A stretch of DNA of 43,585 nucleotides from contig JBEDFG010000006.1 in assembly GCA_041175285.1 (NCBI GenBank), forward strand, positions 1 to 43,585. Reading direction: 5' to 3'. This DNA comes from Bacteroidota bacterium. Its GTDB lineage: Bacteria; Bacteroidota; Bacteroidia; Cytophagales; Spirosomataceae. Both the position numbers and the translations under genes were made by a program. The notes under the pieces are model-generated. The model saw nothing but the letters and a program-made list of their open reading frames with translations. It was not told where the DNA came from and did not search any database. Below are positions 9,638 to 18,176 of this stretch, one piece after another; the first letter of the stretch is position 1; the number at the start of each line of letters is the position of its first letter.

Positions 9638-9781
9638 TTAACGAGCTACTTTTTTAACAATTACCTGAATTGTCTTTTTAATTACTTTGGCTGGGTATAA
9701 GCGGGCTGGAAAACCTAATGCCATAACAGATTGACTTACTAAGAAAAAAGTAGCGAATAAGATGATTAGTTTAACTTTCAT
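9638..9781 (-). CDS. Unannotated 47-aa small protein: signal peptide plus cationic peptide
   Basis: Translated by hand as MKVKLIILFATFFLVSQSVMA-LGFPARLYPAKVIKKTIQVIVKKVAR*. A TAGATTTG promoter box lies at 9804-9811. Confidence 0.7.
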   Translation of the reverse strand: MKVKLIILFATFFLVSQSVMALGFPARLYPAKVIKKTIQVIVKKVAR

Positions 9782-9803
9782 AGCTGATGATGATTTCTTG
9801 ATG

Positions 9804-9849
9804 CAAATCTATAAAACATTATAGTACTTTGCAATACAAGGTACTATAA
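9804..9849 (-). promoter_or_regulatory. -7 box plus 13-bp inverted repeat (putative operator)
   Basis: TAGATTTG on the minus strand at 9804-9811. TTATAGTACTTTG-caata-CAAGGTACTATAA at 9819-9849, with 12 of 13 positions complementary. Confidence 0.6.
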
Positions 9850-9966
9850 GATTCATATTTTTTTTTAAAATTCGAAAGCCAAAATGTCTCACGTTGCCCA
9901 AGGGTTGCATGGAGCTTATCTGATAAAGACTTGCGGATACAAGCCTTTTCCATTTAATTTGAGGAT

Positions 9967-10536
9967 ATGCAAGAAATTGAGCCATCCTATCAGTGGGAAT
10001 CCCTTTACAATGCGGCGCATGACAAGAAATCGCCATTTTATGGCCGTTCTTATTCTCAAACAGAATATGAAAATGATATCTATGGGTATTTCATTCATCC
10101 ACTTTGGGACGAAATAGATTCTGAGACCTTATATTGTAAAATTCTATTTACAGACTATAAAAATCAATTCAGCATTATCGAATTATTTGGCGAATGGAAC
10201 GATACCTTGCATAATGACATCATGCTTTTTAAGCGCCAAGTCATCGATCATTTATTAGCTGCCGGGATCAAACACTTCATTTTACTGGGTGAGAATGTAT
10301 TCAATTTTCATGGCAGCTTTGAAGATGACTATTACGCAGAGTGGTTTGAGGAGGTGGAGGATGGTTGGATTGCGGCTTTACAATTCGCGCCATTTATTGA
10401 AGAGGAATGGAAAAAATACCATGTGGATTACTACATAAATTTTGGAGGAAACTTAAACGTTCCACAATGGCGAACACTGAAACCGGAAGTCCTTTTTGCC
10501 GGGATTCAGCACATTTTATCTCGCCGGCTAAATTAA
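9967..10536 (+). CDS. Hypothetical protein (acidic, aromatic-rich, cytoplasmic)
   Basis: 189-aa ORF filling the intergenic space, with motif-like segments YFIHPLWD and GEWNDTLHNDIM; function unknown. Confidence 0.75.
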   Translation: MQEIEPSYQWESLYNAAHDKKSPFYGRSYSQTEYENDIYGYFIHPLWDEIDSETLYCKILFTDYKNQFSIIELFGEWNDTLHNDIMLFKRQVIDHLLAAGIKHFILLGENVFNFHGSFEDDYYAEWFEEVEDGWIAALQFAPFIEEEWKKYHVDYYINFGGNLNVPQWRTLKPEVLFAGIQHILSRRLN

Positions 10537-10603
10537 TTTACCCGAGCAGGATAATATTTCACAAATCAAAACCTAACTTAGCTTTTCAAGCTTTAAATGA
10601 CCT

Positions 10604-11347
10604 ATGAAAAAATTAACCTTACTCCTATTGCTAGCTGTGTCCTTCGGCTCTTTAGCAAAAAAACCAGATTCCCGTTATTACGAACTACGAATTTACTATT
10701 GCCACCCAGGCCGTTTAGATGCGTTAATCAGTCGATTTACCAACCACACCACAAAAATTTTCGAACGTCACAACATGACGAATGTGGGTTATTGGATTCC
10801 AAATAACAACACTGAAAACGCTTTATATTACATTCTTTCTTACCCAAGTCAAGCAGATCGTGATTCGTCATGGAAGCAATTTGGACGTGATCCCGAGTGG
10901 AAAGAAGTAGCTAAGAAATCAGAAGAATCAGGGAAAATTGTTGCCAAAGTGACCAGTATTTTCATGCAAGCCACTGATTTTAGCCCCAAAATCAAACCTT
11001 CTAAAGGAGCAGAAGATCGGACATTTGAAATGCGCACGTATACAGCGATGCCAGACAAATTACCTAATGTTCTAGCGCGTTTCCGTAATCACACAACGAA
11101 ATTGTTCAAGAAACACGGTATGGAAAATATCGCATACTTCACAACGATCCCTAAAGATGGTTCTCCGAGTAAATTGTTGTATTTCCTAGCTCATAAAAGT
11201 CCAGAAGCTGGAAAAGCTAGCTTTGATGCATTCCGTCTAGATCCTAAATGGATTGCTGTTAAAGAAGCATCTGAGAAGGATGGCAAAATCGTAGAAAAGA
11301 CAGAATCTATCTACATGAGCCCGACTAATTTCTCAACTATACGATAA
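10604..11347 (+). CDS. Secreted tandem NIPSNAP-domain protein
   Basis: Signal peptide followed by two similar repeats (YELRIY..RFTNHTTKIF..DPEW and FEMRTY..RFRNHTTKLF..DPKW). Confidence 0.85.
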   Translation: MKKLTLLLLLAVSFGSLAKKPDSRYYELRIYYCHPGRLDALISRFTNHTTKIFERHNMTNVGYWIPNNNTENALYYILSYPSQADRDSSWKQFGRDPEWKEVAKKSEESGKIVAKVTSIFMQATDFSPKIKPSKGAEDRTFEMRTYTAMPDKLPNVLARFRNHTTKLFKKHGMENIAYFTTIPKDGSPSKLLYFLAHKSPEAGKASFDAFRLDPKWIAVKEASEKDGKIVEKTESIYMSPTNFSTIR

Positions 11348-11352
11348 TATCC

Positions 11353-11360
11353 TATCTTTG
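11353..11360 (+). promoter_or_regulatory. Bacteroidota -7 promoter box
   Basis: TATCTTTG about 30 nt upstream of ATG 11390. Confidence 0.6.
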
Positions 11361-11389
11361 CGCGTGGAATCAACGTCCACGCGCAATCT

Positions 11390-12295
11390 ATGGAATGGAT
11401 AAAAAAAGGTAATATTTTCAACGCTTGCCACGCACAAGTACCCATTGTAGACACGCATCACGATGGATTTTGGCGCGTTTATTATTCCAAAAGAGAAAAT
11501 CGAGGACCTAGCAAGCCCTACTATTTTGATGTAGAAGCTGGGAATCCAACCAATATACTTCGTCAATGCGACGGACCTATTCTAGAGCCCGGTGCACGCG
11601 GAAGTTTCGATTGGGCTGGCGTGATGCCTACCGAAATTTTCCAGGTAGGTGACTTAAAATACCTTTACTACATCGGTTGGGCGAATCGAATCGATGTCCC
11701 TTATCATAACAATTTAGGGTTAGCCATAAGCAAAGACCAAGGCCAAACCTGGGAAAAATTCTCGACAGGTCCTGTTTTTGCCACTTCCCACCGGGAACCT
11801 GGTTATGTGGGCACCATCTCCATCATTCAAAAAGACAATCTCTTTTTCGGATATTATCTATCCTGTCGCCAATGGGAAGAATTAAACGGACGCATCGAAC
11901 CCATCTACGATATTAAGATAGCCACATCCGAAAATCTAATTGATTGGACTCCCTTAAATAAAACCGCCGTCGGCCTTGAAGAAGGTGAAGGAGGTATCTC
12001 AAAAGCATCTGTATTAGCTTTAAATGGCCAATATTACCTTTGGTATGCCATCCGAAAATCAACGAATTACCGAGAGGATCCGGCCAACTCCTACCGCATC
12101 AAATGTGCGATTAGCTCCGATTTACTTGAATGGACTAAAATAGAAAACACCGGACTGGACATTACGCCTGAAAGTAATTGGGAGAATATTATGGTCGAAT
12201 ACCCGCATGTGTTTACTGAAAAACAAACCACCTATATGTTTTACAACGGAAATGGGTTTGGTGAAACAGGCATTGGCTTCGCAGAACTATCCTAA
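11390..12295 (+). CDS. Five-bladed beta-propeller glycoside hydrolase-like protein (GH32/43/130-like fold)
   Basis: Repeated blade motifs YLYYIGW, LAISKDQGQTWEK, ATSENLIDW, EYPHVF, MFYNGNGFGETGIG. No signal peptide. Confidence 0.65.
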   Translation: MEWIKKGNIFNACHAQVPIVDTHHDGFWRVYYSKRENRGPSKPYYFDVEAGNPTNILRQCDGPILEPGARGSFDWAGVMPTEIFQVGDLKYLYYIGWANRIDVPYHNNLGLAISKDQGQTWEKFSTGPVFATSHREPGYVGTISIIQKDNLFFGYYLSCRQWEELNGRIEPIYDIKIATSENLIDWTPLNKTAVGLEEGEGGISKASVLALNGQYYLWYAIRKSTNYREDPANSYRIKCAISSDLLEWTKIENTGLDITPESNWENIMVEYPHVFTEKQTTYMFYNGNGFGETGIGFAELS

Positions 12296-12299
12296 TCGC

Positions 12300-13328
12300 A
12301 TGAATTACAGCTATTTAGACAAAGATTTATTTGGCAATCCTGCTTTAGCACAGGATCCTAAATTAAGTATTTGCCTAATTACTTATAAACATGCCGACTA
12401 CATTCGAACTTGCTTGGACAATATCTTAAGTCAAGAAATCAATTTTAGTTATGAAATAATTTTAGGCGAAGATCATTCACCTGACGAAACAGCAACCATA
12501 ATTGCTGAATATGCAAGTTTGCATCCTGATAAGATCAAAGCATTTATTCGTGCTGAAAATGTCGGAGGCAAAGCCAATTTCCTGCATTGTTTTTTACAGT
12601 GTCGTGGAGAATATGTCATCTTCATTGAAGGGGATGATTATTGGACAGATAACACCAAATTGCAGCAACAAGTTGATTTTCTTGACGCACAACCTCAGGC
12701 ATCAGCCTGTTTTCACAATGCAGAAATTTTGTATGAGGATGCAAGTGGAAGATCAAACGAATTCATCAATGGGCCAGATCAAGCCGTTTGGACCGAAACG
12801 GCCGATTTACTAAGTGAAAAAGAAGCATGGTTTATGGCTACTGCCAGCGTCATGATGCGTCGCAAATATGTGGCAACATTACCCGAATGGTTTGTGGAAT
12901 GCAAAAGTGGCGACATTCCTATGTATGTAATTCTTGCCGAAAAAGGCCCAATTGGCTATATTCCTACGTGCATGTCTGTGTACCGTAAAAATCTGGGTGG
13001 ACAGAGTTTTACAGATAATACAAAATCGAAATCGTTCATCGAAAATCGAATTTTTATGTATTCAAAATTAAATGAATACACCCAATTCAAATACAATCAA
13101 TCCATACGAAAGATCTTCTCCGATTACCAGCTACTACTCATTAAATGTCATGAAAACGACGGTCGATTCCTCCGTCAATTAGTTCATCTGCTAAGGGCAT
13201 TTATGCTTCGAGGAGATTATCGATGGGTCACCTTTAAACAATTGGTTCGAGACTATTGGACAACGGAGAAGTCGGCATTAGCCTATCTAAATTTCCGCAG
13301 TAAACTGAACCGATTAATCGGTAAATAA
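12300..13328 (+). CDS. Glycosyltransferase family 2
   Basis: SICLITYKH, GEDHSPD, EGDDYW, KLQQQV. Start moved to ATG 12300, just after the upstream stop. Confidence 0.9.
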   Translation: MNYSYLDKDLFGNPALAQDPKLSICLITYKHADYIRTCLDNILSQEINFSYEIILGEDHSPDETATIIAEYASLHPDKIKAFIRAENVGGKANFLHCFLQCRGEYVIFIEGDDYWTDNTKLQQQVDFLDAQPQASACFHNAEILYEDASGRSNEFINGPDQAVWTETADLLSEKEAWFMATASVMMRRKYVATLPEWFVECKSGDIPMYVILAEKGPIGYIPTCMSVYRKNLGGQSFTDNTKSKSFIENRIFMYSKLNEYTQFKYNQSIRKIFSDYQLLLIKCHENDGRFLRQLVHLLRAFMLRGDYRWVTFKQLVRDYWTTEKSALAYLNFRSKLNRLIGK

Positions 13329-13407
13329 GTAGCGCATTCCCCCATTTGGATTTTTGCCTAAAAAAAGGCAATTTTATCCCAAAGCACTTTGCTTAAACCT
13401 ATTATTT

Positions 13408-16404
13408 ATGAAACGAAATTTTACGCGACAGCTGATCGCGGTATCATGTTTAGGCATGCTTGGAATAAGTGCATTTCAAGTAAATCAAGCTCCTAAGCCA
13501 AGCACCTCCCTTTCCGATTCTCTGAGTGATTTTCACAAAAGCCTAATCGTTCATCCGGACGTTCAAATCACGACATTTGCTACGGAGCCGATGTTGAAGA
13601 ATCCCACCAACATGGACATAGATTCGAAGGGACGAATTTGGATTACAGAAGCATATAATTACAGACCCGCCATTAGTGGAAATCCAACGAACCCGAAGGG
13701 CGATCGGATTTTAATCTTAACAGATACAAATGGGGATGGCGTCGCAGATTCACAGCAAATTTTCTACCAATCACCCGAACTAAATGCACCTCTAGGCATC
13801 GCTGTACTCGATTCCATGGTCATCGTATCTCAGAGCCCCTACATGTGGAAAATGTTTGACGACAACCGGGATGGCAAAGCAGATCGAAAAGAAATTCTTT
13901 TTCAAGGCATCGGTGGCGAACAACATGATCACGGTGCGCACGCATTTACATTTGGCCCAGATGGAAAATTATATTTCAATTTTGGTAACGAAGGCAAACA
14001 ATTATTGGATGCCAAAGGAAACCCCGTATTAGACCAAGATGGCGATCCCATAGGACCTAAAAAATATAAACAAGGCATGGTATTTCGTTGTAACCTCGAT
14101 GGTTCGCAAGTGGAATGCCTAGGCCATAATTTCAGAAATAACTTTGAAGTGGCTGTCGATTCATATGGCGCTTTGTGGCAGTCTGATAATGATGATGATG
14201 GCAATAAAGGCGTACGAATTAACGCCGTATTCGAACACGGAAACTATGGCTATACGGATGAGATGACTGGCGCAGGCTGGTCGGCAAACCGGACAAATAT
14301 CGAATCCGAAATTCCGTTGAGACACTGGCATTTAAACGATCCAGGATCGATGCCAAATTTATTGCAAACTGGATCTGGCTCGCCAACGGGCATGCTGATT
14401 TATGAAGGAAATTTATTGCCTTCCGTCTTTCAAGGCCAAATGATTCATGCAGATGCGGGACCCAATGTGGTTCGTTCATACCCAGTTAAACCTAAAGGTG
14501 CCGGCTATGAAGCCAGCATCGTTAATTTAATCGACGGTTCAAAAGATCAATGGTTCCGTCCTGCAGATGTAACGGTTGCGCCGGATGGTTCGATTTTCGT
14601 GGCTGACTGGTATGATCCGGGCGTTGGAGGACACCAAGCAGGCGACCAAACAAAGGGGCGTATTTATCGCATTGCTCCCAAAGGGCATGCGTATCGAGTT
14701 CCTTCACTTGATTTAACTACCCCGGCTGGAGCACTTGCGGCTTTGAATAATCCTAACCTAGCAACGCGCTATTTAGGCTATCAAAAATTAAAGCAATTGG
14801 GCTTAGCAGGACTTGAAACAGCCTATGCGACCGAACAAAATCCGCGCCTAAAAGCAAGAGCTTTGTGGATGTTAATCCAAGGACCTCAGGGTGCTAGCTA
14901 TATTGAAAAAGCAGTTCAAGATGCAAACCCAGATTTTCGCATGCTGGGCATTCGCGCCATGAAACGTTTACCTTTTGCCAGTTGGGTTGCACATGCCAAA
15001 AAACTCCAAAATGACACGAATCCACAAGTAAGACGCGAATTAGCCATTGCGCTTCGTCACATAGCTTCTCCTGAAGCGAATGCCATTTGGACCGCGTTAG
15101 CTTTGCAATATGAATCTGGAGACCGCTGGTATTTGGAAGCTTTAGGTATTGGAGCGGATGGAAATTGGGACCAACTATTAGAAGCGTATATTTCAGCAAA
15201 CCAATTGAATCGTGATGTTATCTGGAGAGCACGAACTTCAAAATCGGTGCCCTACTTAATCTCCTATGTACGTGAATCGAAGCCATTGGTGGATAAATTA
15301 CGATATTTCAGAGCGTTTGATTTTGTGCCTGGAAATGAAAAATCGGCGCAATTGATGCAAATAATTCATGAGTCTATGCAAAAAGAACCCGCGTTAGCGA
15401 TGGTTGCTTTACGTCATATTTCAGCTGAATATATCCAACAAAATCCGACAGCACGCAAAACAGTCATCAGCATGCTTGGGAAGGTAGAAGGAAATGAATA
15501 TTTAGAATTGATTGAGAAATACAATTTATCTGAAATGGCACCTAGCCTACTAAATGATTTATTGAAAGGCAAAAACAGTCGATCGACAGCCAAAGCTATC
15601 TATTCATTAAATAGCGGTGCACTGATTCAACGTAAATTCATGACGGGTACAGACGCTCAAAAAAGAGCTATCATCGAAGGGATTCGTTGGCAAGGCAACA
15701 ACGAAAGTCTAAACCTGCTTTCGGCCGTAGTTATGGATGCCAAATACCATGCATTGGTTCGAAAAGATGCCGCTCGTGGCCTAGGTAATTCCTATCCAAA
15801 TGGAGAGGATTTAGTTTTGAAGATGTTGAAAAATAAAGAAATCCCAACGGATTTGATTCCATCGGTGGTAGAATCGGTGAGTAAGGCATGGCGCAAGGGA
15901 GTTCGTATCGAAGCGAATACATTCCTAACGGGTGCGAATGCGCAAGCGAAAGTTAAACATCCTCCATTAAATGATTTGTTATCCATGAAAGGCGTGGCGT
16001 TAACAGGTAAAAAGGTGTTTGTCGATCAGTGTTCGATGTGTCATCAAGTGAACAATGAAGGCATTGATTTTGGACCTAAACTTTCTGAGATTGGTTCAAA
16101 ATTATCGCGAGAGGGTATGTATATGTCCGTACTTCATCCCAATGCCGGGATCGGTTTTGGTTATGAAACCTTTGAGATTATAACCAAGAAGGGAGATAGC
16201 TACCAGGGCATTATCGTTTCACGTAATGAAACAGATATATTAATGCGATTACCGGGAGGTGTATCGCAAAGTTTTAAAACATCCGCATTAAAATCCGTAA
16301 AGCAATTACCGAACTCCATGATGCCGGAAGGACTTGCAGATGGAATGTCAACTCAAGAATTAGTTGACGTAATGGAATACTTAAGCACTTTAAAGAAAAA
16401 ATAA
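13408..16404 (+). CDS. PVC-type heme-binding CxxCH protein (dehydrogenase-like beta-propeller + HEAT repeats + cytochrome c)
   Basis: FATEP, DTNGDGVAD, GPDGKLYF, NFRN, WFRPADV..APDGSIFVADWYD, HEAT-like DPxxRxxA repeats, heme motif CSMCH, GPKLS and SMMPEGL. Start set at MKRNF. Confidence 0.85.
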   Translation: MKRNFTRQLIAVSCLGMLGISAFQVNQAPKPSTSLSDSLSDFHKSLIVHPDVQITTFATEPMLKNPTNMDIDSKGRIWITEAYNYRPAISGNPTNPKGDRILILTDTNGDGVADSQQIFYQSPELNAPLGIAVLDSMVIVSQSPYMWKMFDDNRDGKADRKEILFQGIGGEQHDHGAHAFTFGPDGKLYFNFGNEGKQLLDAKGNPVLDQDGDPIGPKKYKQGMVFRCNLDGSQVECLGHNFRNNFEVAVDSYGALWQSDNDDDGNKGVRINAVFEHGNYGYTDEMTGAGWSANRTNIESEIPLRHWHLNDPGSMPNLLQTGSGSPTGMLIYEGNLLPSVFQGQMIHADAGPNVVRSYPVKPKGAGYEASIVNLIDGSKDQWFRPADVTVAPDGSIFVADWYDPGVGGHQAGDQTKGRIYRIAPKGHAYRVPSLDLTTPAGALAALNNPNLATRYLGYQKLKQLGLAGLETAYATEQNPRLKARALWMLIQGPQGASYIEKAVQDANPDFRMLGIRAMKRLPFASWVAHAKKLQNDTNPQVRRELAIALRHIASPEANAIWTALALQYESGDRWYLEALGIGADGNWDQLLEAYISANQLNRDVIWRARTSKSVPYLISYVRESKPLVDKLRYFRAFDFVPGNEKSAQLMQIIHESMQKEPALAMVALRHISAEYIQQNPTARKTVISMLGKVEGNEYLELIEKYNLSEMAPSLLNDLLKGKNSRSTAKAIYSLNSGALIQRKFMTGTDAQKRAIIEGIRWQGNNESLNLLSAVVMDAKYHALVRKDAARGLGNSYPNGEDLVLKMLKNKEIPTDLIPSVVESVSKAWRKGVRIEANTFLTGANAQAKVKHPPLNDLLSMKGVALTGKKVFVDQCSMCHQVNNEGIDFGPKLSEIGSKLSREGMYMSVLHPNAGIGFGYETFEIITKKGDSYQGIIVSRNETDILMRLPGGVSQSFKTSALKSVKQLPNSMMPEGLADGMSTQELVDVMEYLSTLKKK

Positions 16405-16405
16405 G

Positions 16406-17308
16406 ATGGATCGCAGAACATTTTCACAATTAGTAGGTGCGGGACTATTTACCGCAGGTATTAATGCAACAGCACAAGGTAAATCGGCAGGACAAGCGCC
16501 ATTTAATTTAAAGTATGCCCCTCATTTTGGGATGTTTCAACAACATGCCGGGAAGGATGAAATTGACCAATTAAAATTCATGTATGACATGGGGTTCCGT
16601 GCTTTAGAAGACAATGAAATGATGGGTCGGCCAGTCGAAACGCAGGTGAAGATTGGGGAAACATTAGCTCGCTTAGGCATGGATATGGGTGTATTTGTCA
16701 TCAAATTTGATGGATTTTTTGACAAATCACATATGACGACGGGTGATAAAGCGTGGACGGATTTATTTCTACAAGCTTGTTACAAATCGGTCGAAACAGC
16801 GAAACGTGTAAATGCCAAATGGGCTACCGTTGTTCCTGGAAATTTCAGTCGGCAATTACCCATGGGTATCCAAACTGGAAACGTGATCGAAGCCTTAAAA
16901 AGAGGTGCCGAAATCTTAGAACCGCATAAATTAACTATGGTATTGGAACCATTAAGTGATAATCCAGATTTGTTTTTGCGTTTTTCAGATCAGACTTACA
17001 GCATTTGCAAAGCGGTGGCAAGTCCATCTTGTAAAATCTTGTTTGACATTTACCACATGCAACGCAACGAAGGCAATTTGATCAATAACATGGATCGTTG
17101 CTGGGAAGAAATCGCCTACATCCAAATAGGTGACAACCCAGGCCGTAAAGAACCAGGAACAGGTGAGGTGAATTACCAAAACATTTTCAAACATTTGAAA
17201 AAGAAGGGATATCAAGGGGTTTTGGGTATGGAACATGGAAATTTCCATCCGGGAAAAGATGGCGAATTGAAATTAATTGAGGCATACCGAAAGGCAGATC
17301 TTGTGTAA
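16406..17308 (+). CDS. Tat-exported hydroxypyruvate isomerase-family TIM-barrel protein
   Basis: DRRTF Tat signal, VLEPL, LFDIYHMQ, DNPGRKEPGTGEVNY, GMEH. Confidence 0.85.
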   Translation: MDRRTFSQLVGAGLFTAGINATAQGKSAGQAPFNLKYAPHFGMFQQHAGKDEIDQLKFMYDMGFRALEDNEMMGRPVETQVKIGETLARLGMDMGVFVIKFDGFFDKSHMTTGDKAWTDLFLQACYKSVETAKRVNAKWATVVPGNFSRQLPMGIQTGNVIEALKRGAEILEPHKLTMVLEPLSDNPDLFLRFSDQTYSICKAVASPSCKILFDIYHMQRNEGNLINNMDRCWEEIAYIQIGDNPGRKEPGTGEVNYQNIFKHLKKKGYQGVLGMEHGNFHPGKDGELKLIEAYRKADLV

Positions 17309-17353
17309 ATCAATATTTATTTAGATATTAGCCTAATTATTTAATAGACTCCA

Positions 17354-17641
17354 ATGGAAGCAGCATTCAAAGCCATCAATGACCAAACACGCAGGGAAAT
17401 TTTGCAATTGCTTGTTGATGGCCCACGCAACGCAGGTGAAATTGCTAAGCAGTTTCAAATGACAAAGCCTAGCATTTCGCATCATTTAGATTTATTGAAG
17501 CAGGCTTCGTTGATATTAGCTGAGAAAAAAGGCCAATTCATTCTCTACTCATTAAATAAGGAAGGATTTACTCAACTACATCAATGGTTTCAAGGTTTTG
17601 CGACCCATTTTGAATTCCCAAAACCAAAGATCAGATTATAA
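17354..17641 (+). CDS. ArsR/SmtB-family regulator, SdpR-like autorepressor
   Basis: FKAINDQTRREIL, AGEIA..F.MTKPSISHHLDLLK, KKGQFILYSLN. Confidence 0.9.
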   Translation: MEAAFKAINDQTRREILQLLVDGPRNAGEIAKQFQMTKPSISHHLDLLKQASLILAEKKGQFILYSLNKEGFTQLHQWFQGFATHFEFPKPKIRL

Positions 17642-17678
17642 AATAAAAACGGTATTTTTGCCCAAAATATAGATACGT

Positions 17679-18176
17679 ATGTGCGCTCAATTGGCTCAAT
17701 CATTTTCATTTATCGCTTCCGAAACACCTGCTGACTTTATTGGCCTAGGTGTTATTCAATTACCTACCCGTAATTTCTTTCAGTCGATCAGTGATTTTTT
17801 TGCTGAAAAATCTGGCAAACAACGTATTTCATTTATGGCTGTGGGGGCACATGAAATCAAGAAAATTCATACCCAAGGATCGAACATTATTCAATCAACC
17901 AGTATTCCTAAAAACTTAATTGAATCTATTTCAATTCGGGAGGACAAAACATCCGATGGGCTGGTTGCCATCTCACACATCGACATCGTCGAATGCATTT
18001 CAGTAGACAAAAAAGGTCATAAAAAACTCAAGTCGCACTATTTTAAATTAATGCCAGCCTTATTGGGAGAAAACACCTCGCCTATTCAAAATGTGGCAGA
18101 GATTACTGCGGCTTACGCGACCAAAAAGGCCATCATAGAAACGTTAACTGCTTGGTCTACGGCAATAGAAGCCTAA
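17679..18176 (+). CDS. Hypothetical protein
   Basis: 165-aa ORF with a TATTTTTG -7 box at 17653-17660; no recognised motif. Confidence 0.6.
   Translation: MCAQLAQSFSFIASETPADFIGLGVIQLPTRNFFQSISDFFAEKSGKQRISFMAVGAHEIKKIHTQGSNIIQSTSIPKNLIESISIREDKTSDGLVAISHIDIVECISVDKKGHKKLKSHYFKLMPALLGENTSPIQNVAEITAAYATKKAIIETLTAWSTAIEA

Noticed and set aside
9858-9866. T9 tract (and the A8 tract at 1310-1317 in rarA) as phase-variation sites
   Set aside because: Short homopolymers are expected in AT-rich DNA, and rarA is in frame.
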